NCBI GenBank assembly: GCA_041946805.1
Contig: JBHGBC010000074.1
Coordinates: forward strand, 1-28,066
Direction: 5' to 3'
DNA: 28,066 nt
DNA from: a bacterium
Lineage (GTDB): Bacteria > Hinthialibacterota > Hinthialibacteria > Hinthialibacterales > Hinthialibacteraceae
Of this stretch, positions 1 through 11,279 are shown piece after piece. The notes below the pieces were generated by a model. That model ran no database searches and had not been told where the DNA came from. It saw nothing but the letters and a program-made list of their open reading frames with translations. Positions within the stretch are counted from its first letter, which is position 1; every line of letters begins with the position of its first letter. Position numbers and translations under genes: made by a program.

Positions 1-219
1 GTTCTCAATCAGACTGGTTCGGGAGATCAATCCCAAATTCCCTCTCCCTCCGGGAGAGGGCCAGGGTGAGGGAAAGCCTTTTCACCGCATGATCACTCCC
101 CGGATTGTTCTTATACCTCACTTGACCATATGAGTCCCCTTCAGAGGACGGCTTTAAACTAGCCCAGGGATCCAATCCCGGGCAAAATATCTCCGGTGTA
201 CACATTTCCCGGATGAATC
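1..219 (-). mobile_element. MITE-like element copy E (truncated by window start)
   Basis: TIR GTACACATTTCCCGGATGAATC at 198-219; palindrome at ~31-82; 131-219 aligns closely with 2771-2858 of copy C. Confidence 0.7.
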
Positions 220-241
220 TTTTTTCTCATCCATGGATCCC

Positions 242-910
242 TCACCGGTTCTGCACCCAGAGAACGGCCTGCTGGATGAGTTCGGGCCCGGTGGTCAAAC
301 GCAGTTTTTGCTTGATCCGGGCCCGGTAGGATTCGATCGTTTTCACGCTGACCTGCAGGCGCTCGGCGATCTGGCGGGTTCCCAACCCTTCTCCGATGAA
401 ACGGAAGATTTCGAGTTCCCGGTTGCTCAAACTGTGAATGGGGGATTCGCCTTCGCCGGCTCTGCTCCTCGTAAAGGATTGGACCAAGCGTTCCTGGACC
501 GGTTTACTCAGGTAGATTTTCCCTTCCAGCACCTGGCGGATGGCCGCGATCACGGTATCCTCAGCTTCCTCTTTCATGACATAACCGCGGGCTCCCAAGC
601 GGATCACCCGTTCGGCGTACAAGGCCTCGTCATGCATGGAAACCACCAACACCGGCAGCCCGGGAAAATCGGCGGGGATCCGTTTGAGCAGATCGAGTCC
701 ATTCCCATCTTTCAGCGAGATATCCAGGATGATGAGGTTGGGCCGCAACCGGCCGATCAGGGTGTAGGCCTCGTTCATCGTCTCGGCTTCACCGCACACT
801 TCGAGATCGGTTTCCTGGTTGATCAGCTGCAGGAATCCCCGCCGCACGATGGGGTGATCGTCGACCACCAGAATTTGGGCTTTCGGTTGAGATTGGGAAA
901 GACGATTCAT
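242..910 (-). CDS. NarL/LuxR-family response regulator (REC + LuxR HTH)
   Basis: ILVVDDHPIVR, phosphoacceptor LIILDISL, GYVMK, HTH LSNRELEIFRFIGEG...VSVKTIESYR. Confidence 0.95.
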   Translation of the reverse strand: MNRLSQSQPKAQILVVDDHPIVRRGFLQLINQETDLEVCGEAETMNEAYTLIGRLRPNLIILDISLKDGNGLDLLKRIPADFPGLPVLVVSMHDEALYAERVIRLGARGYVMKEEAEDTVIAAIRQVLEGKIYLSKPVQERLVQSFTRSRAGEGESPIHSLSNRELEIFRFIGEGLGTRQIAERLQVSVKTIESYRARIKQKLRLTTGPELIQQAVLWVQNR

Positions 911-913
911 TTG

Positions 914-2257
914 TTAACCAGAATACGATTCGGGCGGGACCGTGCAGATCACCCGGGTATGGCCGTCCTCACTCCGTTGGAACATCAATTTAGCCCCAAT
1001 CATGCCGGCACGGTACCTCATGATGCGCAATCCCATGCCTCCCCGCTGCTCCCACCCCTCCGCGAACCCCGCGCCGTCATCATCCACCATGAGAATCAAT
1101 CCCTGCCCGGCCTTTTGCAGCGTGATGCCGATATGGGCAGCCTTCGCGTGTTTGACCGCGTTGCTCACCGCTTCCTGCGCGATGCGGTAAATGTGGTTGG
1201 CCAGAGAGGGATTCAAGAGATCCAAGGGTGTCCCGCCGGTGAATTCGCAGGCGACGCGATACACCCGGCTGGTGGTGGAGGCCAGTTCGAATAGGGCCGA
1301 TTCCAAACCTTCATCCTCGACCACCATCGGCAGCAGTCCGCGCGCCAATCCCCGGATTTGCTGGATCGCCTGCTTGACCAGTTCGGTGATTTCCAGCGCA
1401 TCCCGCGCTTCTTCGATCGTCTTGGATTGGAGTTTTTGATAGAGGCCGCGGCTGAGGAAAGAGATGCCGGTCAGATGCTGGCCCAATCCATCGTGCAGAT
1501 CTTGCCCGAGCCGGGTTTGTTCCCGGTTGCTGATGTCGAGGATCTCGTTCTCCAGCCGTTTCAATTCCGTGATATCGCGGATAATGGCCAGCACTTCATG
1601 TTCGCCGCCCGTCACGATTCGCGACTCAAACACATAGATTTCCCGGCTGGCCGGCACGCGGAATTCCAGGCGTTGCACCTCCTGCGTGCGCAACGCTTCC
1701 TGGATGCAGACCAGGGTTTGCTCGGCCGCATCCGGGGGGATTACATGCATGATGGACTTCCCGATTTTCTCATCCAGGTTCTCCCAGGGTGAGTATCCTT
1801 TCCCCGTATGAAAATCCAACAACCGGCCATTCTCATCCATGCGCAAAATGACATCCGGAATGGCGCTGAGCAAGGCCCGGTTGCGCGTTTCGGAACGCGC
1901 CAGAGCCTCTTGCGCCCGTTGGCGTTCGGTGTTCTCCAACTTCAATAAGAGCGTGGACCGGGTCAATTCGGCCGTGCGGTCATCCACCCGCCGTTCGAAC
2001 TCGTACCGGTTCATGCGCAATTCCTTGCTCTGTTCCGATATTTGTTCTTCCAGGCGGCGGATCCGGGCCTTGTGCCGGGCCACCTGGGATCGATAGCAAA
2101 ACAACATAACGACCACCGCGGAGAGGAACACCAACTGGGTGACTTGAATCACAGCCCAGTGAGTCCACCAGGGCGGTCCAGGGAACAGATCCGTTCCCGA
2201 ATATACCGCCATGTTGTAAAATAAATACATTTCCCAGGGGCAATAATATAATATCAT
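914..2257 (-). CDS. PAS-containing HisKA_3 sensor histidine kinase, single TM (start uncertain: 2257/2230/2212)
   Basis: H-box EQTRLGQDLHDGLGQHL, N-box QEAVSNAVKHA, DDDGAGF, GMGL; PAS AIPDVILRMD...IIRDITE; 3 bp from the regulator. Confidence 0.93.
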   Translation of the reverse strand: MILYYCPWEMYLFYNMAVYSGTDLFPGPPWWTHWAVIQVTQLVFLSAVVVMLFCYRSQVARHKARIRRLEEQISEQSKELRMNRYEFERRVDDRTAELTRSTLLLKLENTERQRAQEALARSETRNRALLSAIPDVILRMDENGRLLDFHTGKGYSPWENLDEKIGKSIMHVIPPDAAEQTLVCIQEALRTQEVQRLEFRVPASREIYVFESRIVTGGEHEVLAIIRDITELKRLENEILDISNREQTRLGQDLHDGLGQHLTGISFLSRGLYQKLQSKTIEEARDALEITELVKQAIQQIRGLARGLLPMVVEDEGLESALFELASTTSRVYRVACEFTGGTPLDLLNPSLANHIYRIAQEAVSNAVKHAKAAHIGITLQKAGQGLILMVDDDGAGFAEGWEQRGGMGLRIMRYRAGMIGAKLMFQRSEDGHTRVICTVPPESYSG

Positions 2258-2344
2258 TTTACATATATCGTCTGTTTTGCCATACTATATTCAATCCATC
2301 CACTATAATAGCCTAAAAATGTCCCTCTGTTTCATTTTTTTCAT

Positions 2345-2583
2345 GGCTTATCTGTCCCCCGCGTGTTTTTTTATTCCAACTGTCCGGCGGCATCCCATCG
2401 AGTGGTTCGTGAAAAACGACTCCAAAATTTCCCCCTCTCCCTCCAGGAAAGGGCAGGATTTGGGGTATTTTTAGAAATCAACCAGCGATGAGTTGTGACT
2501 TCTATTCTATGGACCTCTCCGGATACCGCGATTGGCTATTGTTCACTTTGCCGCCGAAGAATGTACGCACTACCGGATGAACC
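2345..2583 (-). mobile_element. MITE-like element copy D (degenerate)
   Basis: Eroded TIR GGCTTATCTGTCCCCCGCGTGT at 2345; TIR GTACGCACTACCGGATGAACC at 2563-2583; eroded palindrome at 2431-2465. Confidence 0.6.
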
Positions 2584-2589
2584 TTAAGA

Positions 2590-2858
2590 GGCTCATCTGG
2601 CAAGTGAATACTTTTTTACCCAAACGCCCGATCGGCCTCCCCTGCGAATGAATCAATACCTCCCCCAAAAAATCCCCTCTCCCTCTGGGAGAGGGTTAGG
2701 GTGAGGGAAAGCTTTTTCGATTTTTTTCCACCTCTACAGATTGCGTGAATGCTTTTGCTTATCGGTAAAAAGAGTACCCTTCAGGGAACGGTTTTACAGC
2801 CGCCCAGGGGTTTAACCCGGGCTAACTGCCTCGGGTGTACGCACTTCCCGGATGATCT
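2590..2858 (-). mobile_element. MITE-like element copy C
   Basis: TIRs GGCTCATCTGGCAAGTGAATAC (2590-2611) and GTACGCACTTCCCGGATGATCT (2837-2858); intact palindrome 2674-2710; 2590-2640 is near the reverse complement of 19825-19875. Confidence 0.8.
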
Positions 2859-2866
2859 CTTATATT

Positions 2867-2888
2867 GTACTCATTTCCTGGATGGACC
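2867..2888. repeat. Extra TIR copy adjacent to copy C
   Basis: GTACTCATTTCCTGGATGGACC resembles the TIR consensus, 8 bp after the previous TIR. Confidence 0.6.
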
Positions 2889-3001
2889 ATTTTTTAATGC
2901 TTTGGTTCGGGTGAATGATGAAAAGCAGTTGCATGGTAGCAAAAAGTGGCGGGCGAATTCATGAGGATCCCACTGCCGGCTATTCTTTCAGACCGATAAA
3001 T

Positions 3002-4096
3002 TCAACTTTCCCGGGCGAGGACAAAGTCGACCAGCTGGTAGAGGGAATTCAGGCATTCGGAGGGGCCGATGCCCGGCTCGATCTCTTTCAGGCTGTTCTT
3101 GGCGATATCCCCGTAGCGTTTCGCGATCTTGTAGGCGTATTCAATGGATCCCAGCCGCCGCATGAGGGCGGCCAAGTCGGCGGTTTTTTGCTCCATGGGA
3201 GCGGGGCTGTCGAGGATCAGGCGGGCCTGTTTTTCATCCCGGTTGAACAAGTGGATCAATGGCAACGTGGTTTTCCCATTGCGCAGGTCGCCTCCCTGAG
3301 GTTTGCCCAGGGTCGAGGAGGTGGAGGTGTAATCGAGGATATCGTCGGTGATTTGAAAAGCCATGCCCAGCGAATGGCCGTACGCGTGCAGGCGTTCGAT
3401 CGCGGGTTCGGGCAGCCCGCCGATATGTCCGCCCGAGGCGGAGGCCGCGGCCATGAGCGAAGCGGTTTTATACTCAATCATTTCAAGGTATTCCCGCTCG
3501 GTCAGAAGGGTATCATACGAACAGGTCAATTGTTTGATTTCCCCCAGACACATCTGGCCGGTGGCTTGGCTGAGCAGGTTTTGAGAAGGGATCGATCCGC
3601 TGGCGAGTAACAGCTTGAACGATTTGGAGAGTAGAAAATCTCCCAGCAACACCGAGACGGAATTTCCCCAGTTGCCCGGCACCGAGGAGAGTCCCCGCCG
3701 CATGGGCGCTTCATCGACGATGTCATCGTGAACCAAGGTGGCCAGGTGGATCAATTCCACCGCCACGGCCACTTGCCGGACCGCGGGAGCCGCCACGCCG
3801 CACGCCTTCGCCGTCAGCAGCACCAAGGCGGCGCGTATCCATTTCCCCTCGCTTTGCAGAATGTGGTTGGAGATTTTATCCACCACCTGCACCCGAAACT
3901 CTTCGGGAATCCAAAATCCAGTCTCGCCGCTGGCGAGTTTGTGCAAGTACGTCCGCTCTTCGGTTTGGAGGACGGTTTCCTGGTAAAATTGCTGGGTTTG
4001 CGCGAGTTGCACACGAACCGGTTTTAAAATGGCGGAGATTTTGAGATCACAGGAAGCAAACCGCTCATCCGTTAGGGCGGAAGAAAAAGAATTCAT
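3002..4096 (-). CDS. Long-chain trans-polyprenyl diphosphate synthase (IspB/HepT-like)
   Basis: FARM ATLVHDDIVDEAPMRRG, KTASL, SARM FQITDDILD, GKPQGGDLRNGKTTLP. Confidence 0.92.
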   Translation of the reverse strand: MNSFSSALTDERFASCDLKISAILKPVRVQLAQTQQFYQETVLQTEERTYLHKLASGETGFWIPEEFRVQVVDKISNHILQSEGKWIRAALVLLTAKACGVAAPAVRQVAVAVELIHLATLVHDDIVDEAPMRRGLSSVPGNWGNSVSVLLGDFLLSKSFKLLLASGSIPSQNLLSQATGQMCLGEIKQLTCSYDTLLTEREYLEMIEYKTASLMAAASASGGHIGGLPEPAIERLHAYGHSLGMAFQITDDILDYTSTSSTLGKPQGGDLRNGKTTLPLIHLFNRDEKQARLILDSPAPMEQKTADLAALMRRLGSIEYAYKIAKRYGDIAKNSLKEIEPGIGPSECLNSLYQLVDFVLARES

Positions 4097-4123
4097 GAAG
4101 TACCCTTATCTAGCGTCTCACCC

Positions 4124-4159
4124 ATTCCCCGCTGAATGGAACCGGGAGCGGCGGGGAAT
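4124..4159 (-). promoter_or_regulatory. GC-rich stem-loop upstream of the polyprenyl synthase start
   Basis: ATTCCCCGCTG ... CGGCGGGGAAT, 10/11 complementary. Confidence 0.3.
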
Positions 4160-4578
4160 TCTGCTTGGTTCATCGATTTTATAATATCTATAAATATCTA
4201 AATAATTCTGAATATTTTCCTCCGGGAGTCAAGGCAACACGCGCCGCCCTTGCCCGCCGATTGATTCTAGCAACAATCGATCGGATCACAACAGCTTGAG
4301 GGACAAAAAGATTTCCCCGCCTTTCCGGGGAGTTCGCGGTTTTTGTAAAAAAATTGAGGGAATTCACTCTCTGCCTGGGAGAAAATCAAGGTGAGGATAT
4401 TTGCATGGATGAGATCCATCGGCTCGAACGGAAAATGGATTGGATCGAATTCCTTATTCATACACAGGGTTGCGCTAACAAGGTGATTCCATTCAATCCG
4501 TTTCGATTGGAAGACCTGGGGAGGCCCGCCCTTGTTTCAAATCGGTTTGGAATCGGATTGATAGGAACTATTCCTGAA

Positions 4579-4609
4579 CTGACTTCTATACCATGGGGAT
4601 TACTATAAT
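4579..4609 (+). promoter_or_regulatory. Candidate sigma70 promoter for moeA-mutM
   Basis: Perfect TATAAT at 4604-4609; weak -35 CTGACT at 4579 (19-bp spacer). Confidence 0.3.
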
Positions 4610-4681
4610 GAAAGACGAATTAGAATTCAGTCACTCCCAAACAGATCAAAACCATCCTTAAGCCATTCAGGTTAAACACTC

Positions 4682-5914
4682 ATGGCGGAACGGCTTATCA
4701 ATTACATGGAGGCGTTGGAATTCATCCACCGGCGCGTCGTCCCGGTAGCCCCCAAACGAGTCGCGTTATGGGACCTGCCCGGCATGACGCTGGCGGAGGA
4801 TATTTACGCCCGCGAGGATTCGCCCCCCTTCGATAACTCGGCCATGGATGGCTACGCTGTCCGGACCACGGATGTACGCCATGCTTCTCCCGGAACGCCC
4901 GCGGTTCTGCGCATGGTGGAAGAGATCTTCGCGGGGCCTTCCCTGCCCCAGTCGGAATTGCAGCCGGGCTGGGCGGCGAAGATTATGACCGGCGCGCCCA
5001 TTCCCCGGGGGGCGGACGCCGTGGTCATGGTGGAAGAAACGAAGTTGAAAAACCGCGAAGTTTCCATTTTTTCTTCCGCGCGTCCGGGTCAAAACATACG
5101 GGCACGAGGCAGTGAGATGAAAAAAGGCGATTCACTGCTCCCAGCGGGATGCAAAATGGGCAGCGCCGAAATCGGTTTGCTGGCCTTGCAAGGGATCCGG
5201 GAGGCGCCGGCGCGGGAGAATCCGCGTGTGGCGTTAATGACTTCCGGCGATGAACTGGTCGATCCCGAAGAGACGCCCCAAGGCGGGCAGGTGCGGAACG
5301 CGAACACCTACACCCTGTCGGCGGAATTGCAGGCGTGGGGGTGTCCGGTGATCAATCTGGGGATCGCCCAGGACGAACCGGCGGCGATCCGCGCCCGCCT
5401 GGAGAAAGGTCTCAAGGAAGCGGAGGTAATAGTCACCTCGGGAGGCGTTTCCGCGGGGGAAAAGGATTATTTGCCCCGGATCCTCAAGGAAATGGGGGCG
5501 GAAATCGTTTTTCACAAGGTGAGCATCAAACCCGGGAAGCCGGTTTTGTTCGCCGTGTGGAAAGACCGTTATCTGTTTGCATTGCCAGGAAACGTAGTCT
5601 CCGTGTTGACCACGTTTCATTTGTTCGTCAAACCGGCCCTTCGGCGCCGGGTGGGACGCGAGCCGTGGAAAAATCCGGTCTGGTATGTCCGCCTGGCTGC
5701 GCCGATGTCGAATCCGGGTGGCCGGACACAATTTGTCCGCTGCCGGTTGTCGCACAGCCCCACGGGACTGCCTCTCGCCATTCCCACCGGCCAGCAGGGA
5801 TCGGGGATGTTGACCTCCATGCGTGGCGCGGAGGGCTTCGCCGTGATTCCCGCGGACGTGAGCGTTGTGGACGAATTCGAAATTCTGGAATTCATCCCGC
5901 TGCGGTGGGATTGA
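4682..5914 (+). CDS. moeA: Molybdopterin molybdotransferase
   Basis: PPFDNSAMDGYAV, IMTGAPIPRGADAVVMVE, SGDEL, TSGGVSAG, KPGKP, LPGN, QGSGML. Confidence 0.95.
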   Translation: MAERLINYMEALEFIHRRVVPVAPKRVALWDLPGMTLAEDIYAREDSPPFDNSAMDGYAVRTTDVRHASPGTPAVLRMVEEIFAGPSLPQSELQPGWAAKIMTGAPIPRGADAVVMVEETKLKNREVSIFSSARPGQNIRARGSEMKKGDSLLPAGCKMGSAEIGLLALQGIREAPARENPRVALMTSGDELVDPEETPQGGQVRNANTYTLSAELQAWGCPVINLGIAQDEPAAIRARLEKGLKEAEVIVTSGGVSAGEKDYLPRILKEMGAEIVFHKVSIKPGKPVLFAVWKDRYLFALPGNVVSVLTTFHLFVKPALRRRVGREPWKNPVWYVRLAAPMSNPGGRTQFVRCRLSHSPTGLPLAIPTGQQGSGMLTSMRGAEGFAVIPADVSVVDEFEILEFIPLRWD

Positions 5915-5929
5915 GGGTACATATACGCC

Positions 5930-6745
5930 ATGCCTGAACTGCCCGAAGTCGAGACCATTCTCCGGTCGTTGCGAAAACTGACCATCGGCCGGCGGATATT
6001 GGATTTCATCCCCTTGCGCAACGATTACATCCGCCAGGGTCTGGACCGGCGGGGTGAGTTGAAAAATGCGATCATTCAAGAGGTGGAGCGCCGGGGAAAG
6101 TATCTCGCCATACATTTATCCAACGGCTTGTCACTTTTGCATCACCTGGGGATGAGCGGCCGGTTGTTGCTGCGGCCGAAGGATGATCCGCTGGAAAACC
6201 ATACCCACCTCCGTATTCCCTTGGACAATGGTTCATTCGAGTTACGTCAGCGGGATCCCCGGCGCTTTGGCTTTGCCGCCATTCTACTCAAGGATGACTT
6301 GGAAACCTTCGCGTCCTGGACCCGCCTGGGCGCCGATCCTTTCCAGCTACGGGCGCCGCGGTTTCACAACATGATGCAAGGAAGCAGACAAGCGGTTAAA
6401 TCATTTTTGTTAGACCAGCGGCACATCGCCGGATTGGGCAATATCTACGCGGATGAAGCCCTGTTCCGGGCGGGAATCCACCCGGCGCGTCCGGCGGGAC
6501 AGGTAACATCCACTGAAGCCGCGCGGCTTTTGAAGCACATCCGAAACGTGTTGCGGGAATCGATCGCGGCGGGTGGTTCGTCAACGAACGATTATAGACG
6601 TATGGATGGGACATTAGGCCTTTATCAGCACAAGCACCGGGTGTACCGGCGCGATGGCCTGCCTTGTCCCAAATGCCGGCAGAAGATCGAGAGAATGGTG
6701 ATCGGAGGGCGTGGATCGCACTATTGCCCCCAATGCCAGCATTGA
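5930..6745 (+). CDS. mutM: Formamidopyrimidine-DNA glycosylase (Fpg)
   Basis: N-terminal PELPEVE, RRGKYL, HLGMSG, DPRRFG, LLDQRHIAGLGNIYADE, C-terminal CPKC...CPQC zinc finger. Confidence 0.97.
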   Translation: MPELPEVETILRSLRKLTIGRRILDFIPLRNDYIRQGLDRRGELKNAIIQEVERRGKYLAIHLSNGLSLLHHLGMSGRLLLRPKDDPLENHTHLRIPLDNGSFELRQRDPRRFGFAAILLKDDLETFASWTRLGADPFQLRAPRFHNMMQGSRQAVKSFLLDQRHIAGLGNIYADEALFRAGIHPARPAGQVTSTEAARLLKHIRNVLRESIAAGGSSTNDYRRMDGTLGLYQHKHRVYRRDGLPCPKCRQKIERMVIGGRGSHYCPQCQH

Positions 6746-6791
6746 TATAGATTCTCGGAATAATCAATCTATTTAATTATAAATCAGTATG

Positions 6792-7226
6792 TTATAAATT
6801 ATTTTCCTTGTTTTTCAAGACCATCGATACTCCAGGGCTCCCCTTGCCGAATAACTGCCGGTGCAGGAAAAAATGGTATTTTTCCACTGCGTCACGGCCA
6901 TTCGGTCCGATGGCCGCTTCCATCCGGAACTTGGGTTTCTCTTTCCAGGGCAGCAGGCTCCGTGACAATTCAATCCGTTGCACGAAATCCACGGTCAATT
7001 CGATTTCCTCATAGTCATGACCCAGCGAAAAGCGGATTTTACCGACGGAAGGGATGGGAATCATGCTATTGCTGACGATCTGCATGCCTCCCAGAGTGAA
7101 CCGGATTATTTCGCCGATCCCTTCGATGGGCGGAATTTGACGGCCGTTGACATAGATAGTGGTAGGCGTCGCCGTTTCCAAGCGGGGAAGCCATTCGCTA
7201 TCCAATATCCAGGGTGAAGTGGCCAT
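6792..7226 (-). CDS. Hypothetical protein with degenerate PilZ-like beta-barrel pattern
   Basis: AGGAGG RBS before ATG 7226; LPRLET...GEIIRFTLGGMQI...KIRFSL...IELTVDFV follows PilZ spacing. Confidence 0.6.
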   Translation of the reverse strand: MATSPWILDSEWLPRLETATPTTIYVNGRQIPPIEGIGEIIRFTLGGMQIVSNSMIPIPSVGKIRFSLGHDYEEIELTVDFVQRIELSRSLLPWKEKPKFRMEAAIGPNGRDAVEKYHFFLHRQLFGKGSPGVSMVLKNKENNL

Positions 7227-7770
7227 GATCGTACCCTCCTGCGTCACAAGACCAGGCATTGCGATTTTTTGAGGAGAAAGACAACCGGACATGGTCTGAG
7301 CCGGTTATACTATACGGATTCATCGTCAATTTCCAATGTTCATCCAGTGGTATTCCAGGTATTTATTTCATGCCATCCCGGCCGGCCGCGGGGGCCGTGT
7401 CGAGGCGACACCTTGTATTCATCTACTCGAGATAATTTTACAAAATAAATTCGAACTATATCCATCATTATAAACAAGTCGAATCCAAAAATCAATCGCT
7501 AATGGAGAAATATTTAAAAATACTTTACATAAATATGGTTCTTTAATCCATATTATCGACCTTATATTACAGATTTATTCCCGAAATAGGCTCCATGGGA
7601 TCGTACAACACAATATTATATTCTTTCGAGGCAATTCTCGTCAAAATTTGAAAATTACTTTATATTATCACTCCCGATCAATGCTCAAACATCTATATCC
7701 AGAATCCATTAAAGAAAACTCAAACCTCATGTTATTTATCAGAATAATATACATATCATATTTATTATGA

Positions 7771-9957
<2,187 letters not shown>

Positions 9958-9976
9958 TAGATTCATCTCACCCCTC

Positions 9977-9991
9977 TGGCACGATCCCTGC
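9977..9991 (+). promoter_or_regulatory. Candidate sigma54 (-24/-12) promoter
   Basis: TGGCACGATCCCTGC vs consensus TGGCAC-N5-TTGC: one mismatch, exact GG/GC spacing, 36 bp before the next ORF. Confidence 0.6.
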
Positions 9992-10027
9992 GTTATATCC
10001 TCCCAGCACCCGTAGTGACGGCAGGGA

Positions 10028-11209
10028 ATGGAAAAAATGGCCGAACGATTCATGCCCATTGGGCAATTTATGCCCGCAACCGCCCGTTTAAACCAGGGAC
10101 GCGTCCCCTCCACCTACGTGACGCGCGCGCCCGGCGAATCCAACCACCCTTCGTTCCAGGAAGTGATGGACAAAACTCCGGCGAATTCCACTTCCGTGAA
10201 CGCGAATCCCACATCAGGCAACGGGAATACGAATGCCTCCAACACACCACCGTTGAACGCCCAGACTGCGCTCCAGGAAGGTTGGACATTGGCGCCCACC
10301 GGACAACAGAATTTCAACCAGGGATTGACCTCCTCGGTCACCAAAAACGTTCCCGTGGATTCCAAAACCTACACGGAGACCAACCGGCTGCTGCAAAACA
10401 TGCCCCCGAATTATCCCCAGGGTGAGCAGCTGGCCGATCTGATGCTGAAGAACATGCGGGATTACCAAAAAAGCAAGTCAGCCCAGGCGATCCCGGCCGC
10501 CACGGATCCAAAGCCGATGACACCACAGCGGTCCGGATTGGAATCGCAAATGGTGGCGGAACCGGACCTTCAATCGGTTTCGTTGATGCCCGAGGATGGG
10601 GAAACGGCCATTTATCCATCCGCGCTATCGCGAGCGTTTACCCAAGGGATGGAAGACCCGAACCCGCCAATTCCTCCCGCGGCGATTACCGTCCCTCCGG
10701 GGCAAAGAGGATCGACGGCCGGAGCGGAGACCTGGACCACGGCCGATGGGACCCTGATCCGGTTCCCATCCAATGAAGAACCGATGCGACCCGTCAAGCG
10801 GGAGGAAACCATCCCGTCCGCCCAGGAACAAAAATCCAAAATCACGGAACGCAAAGGATTTTTCCAAGCCATCGGGTCGTTTTTCGGCGATATGGCCAGC
10901 GGATTGACGCTGGGGATCTATCGTCCGAAGAACGAGCCGGCGCCCCAAGGGGTGGAGCGGATTTTTTATCCAGTCAAGAAATTGATATTCGACGCGCCGG
11001 TGAAGGACCTCGCGGTCGGGATTCCCGCGGGTATCTATCACGACACGGGCCGGGTTTTTGGCCCGCGGAAGGAACAGGATGTCCGGGATGAAACATCGGC
11101 CGTCGAAGGGACGCCCCGCTCCTTCAACCGGCGGCGTTCGGAATACCAGATATCGTTGAGCGATTTGAACCATCCCCAGCGCGCGTTTCGCCGGAAAGCG
11201 GACGCATGA
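10028..11209 (+). CDS. Hypothetical Pro/Thr/Gln-rich protein with C-terminal amphipathic helical segment (start 10028 or 10037)
   Basis: 393-aa ORF filling the gap between ligA and MITE copy B; no recognisable family; no Sec signal. Confidence 0.75.
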   Translation: MEKMAERFMPIGQFMPATARLNQGRVPSTYVTRAPGESNHPSFQEVMDKTPANSTSVNANPTSGNGNTNASNTPPLNAQTALQEGWTLAPTGQQNFNQGLTSSVTKNVPVDSKTYTETNRLLQNMPPNYPQGEQLADLMLKNMRDYQKSKSAQAIPAATDPKPMTPQRSGLESQMVAEPDLQSVSLMPEDGETAIYPSALSRAFTQGMEDPNPPIPPAAITVPPGQRGSTAGAETWTTADGTLIRFPSNEEPMRPVKREETIPSAQEQKSKITERKGFFQAIGSFFGDMASGLTLGIYRPKNEPAPQGVERIFYPVKKLIFDAPVKDLAVGIPAGIYHDTGRVFGPRKEQDVRDETSAVEGTPRSFNRRRSEYQISLSDLNHPQRAFRRKADA

Positions 11210-11279
11210 GAGAAACAACCATTTGTAAAGTGGTATCATAGCGCGGTGCAACCCGCCATCCATGCAGGGATGATTTTGT

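Noticed and set aside
2563..2888. Recurring 22-bp motif as a CRISPR array
   Set aside because: Copies are inverted, irregularly spaced and dispersed; no cas genes.
4230..4681. Moco riboswitch upstream of moeA
   Set aside because: Only a small hairpin (4313-4332); no recognisable Moco RNA motif; an Rfam scan would be needed.
7355..7380. Sigma54 promoter for the PilZ-like gene (TGGCATG on minus strand)
   Set aside because: No GC at the -12 position.
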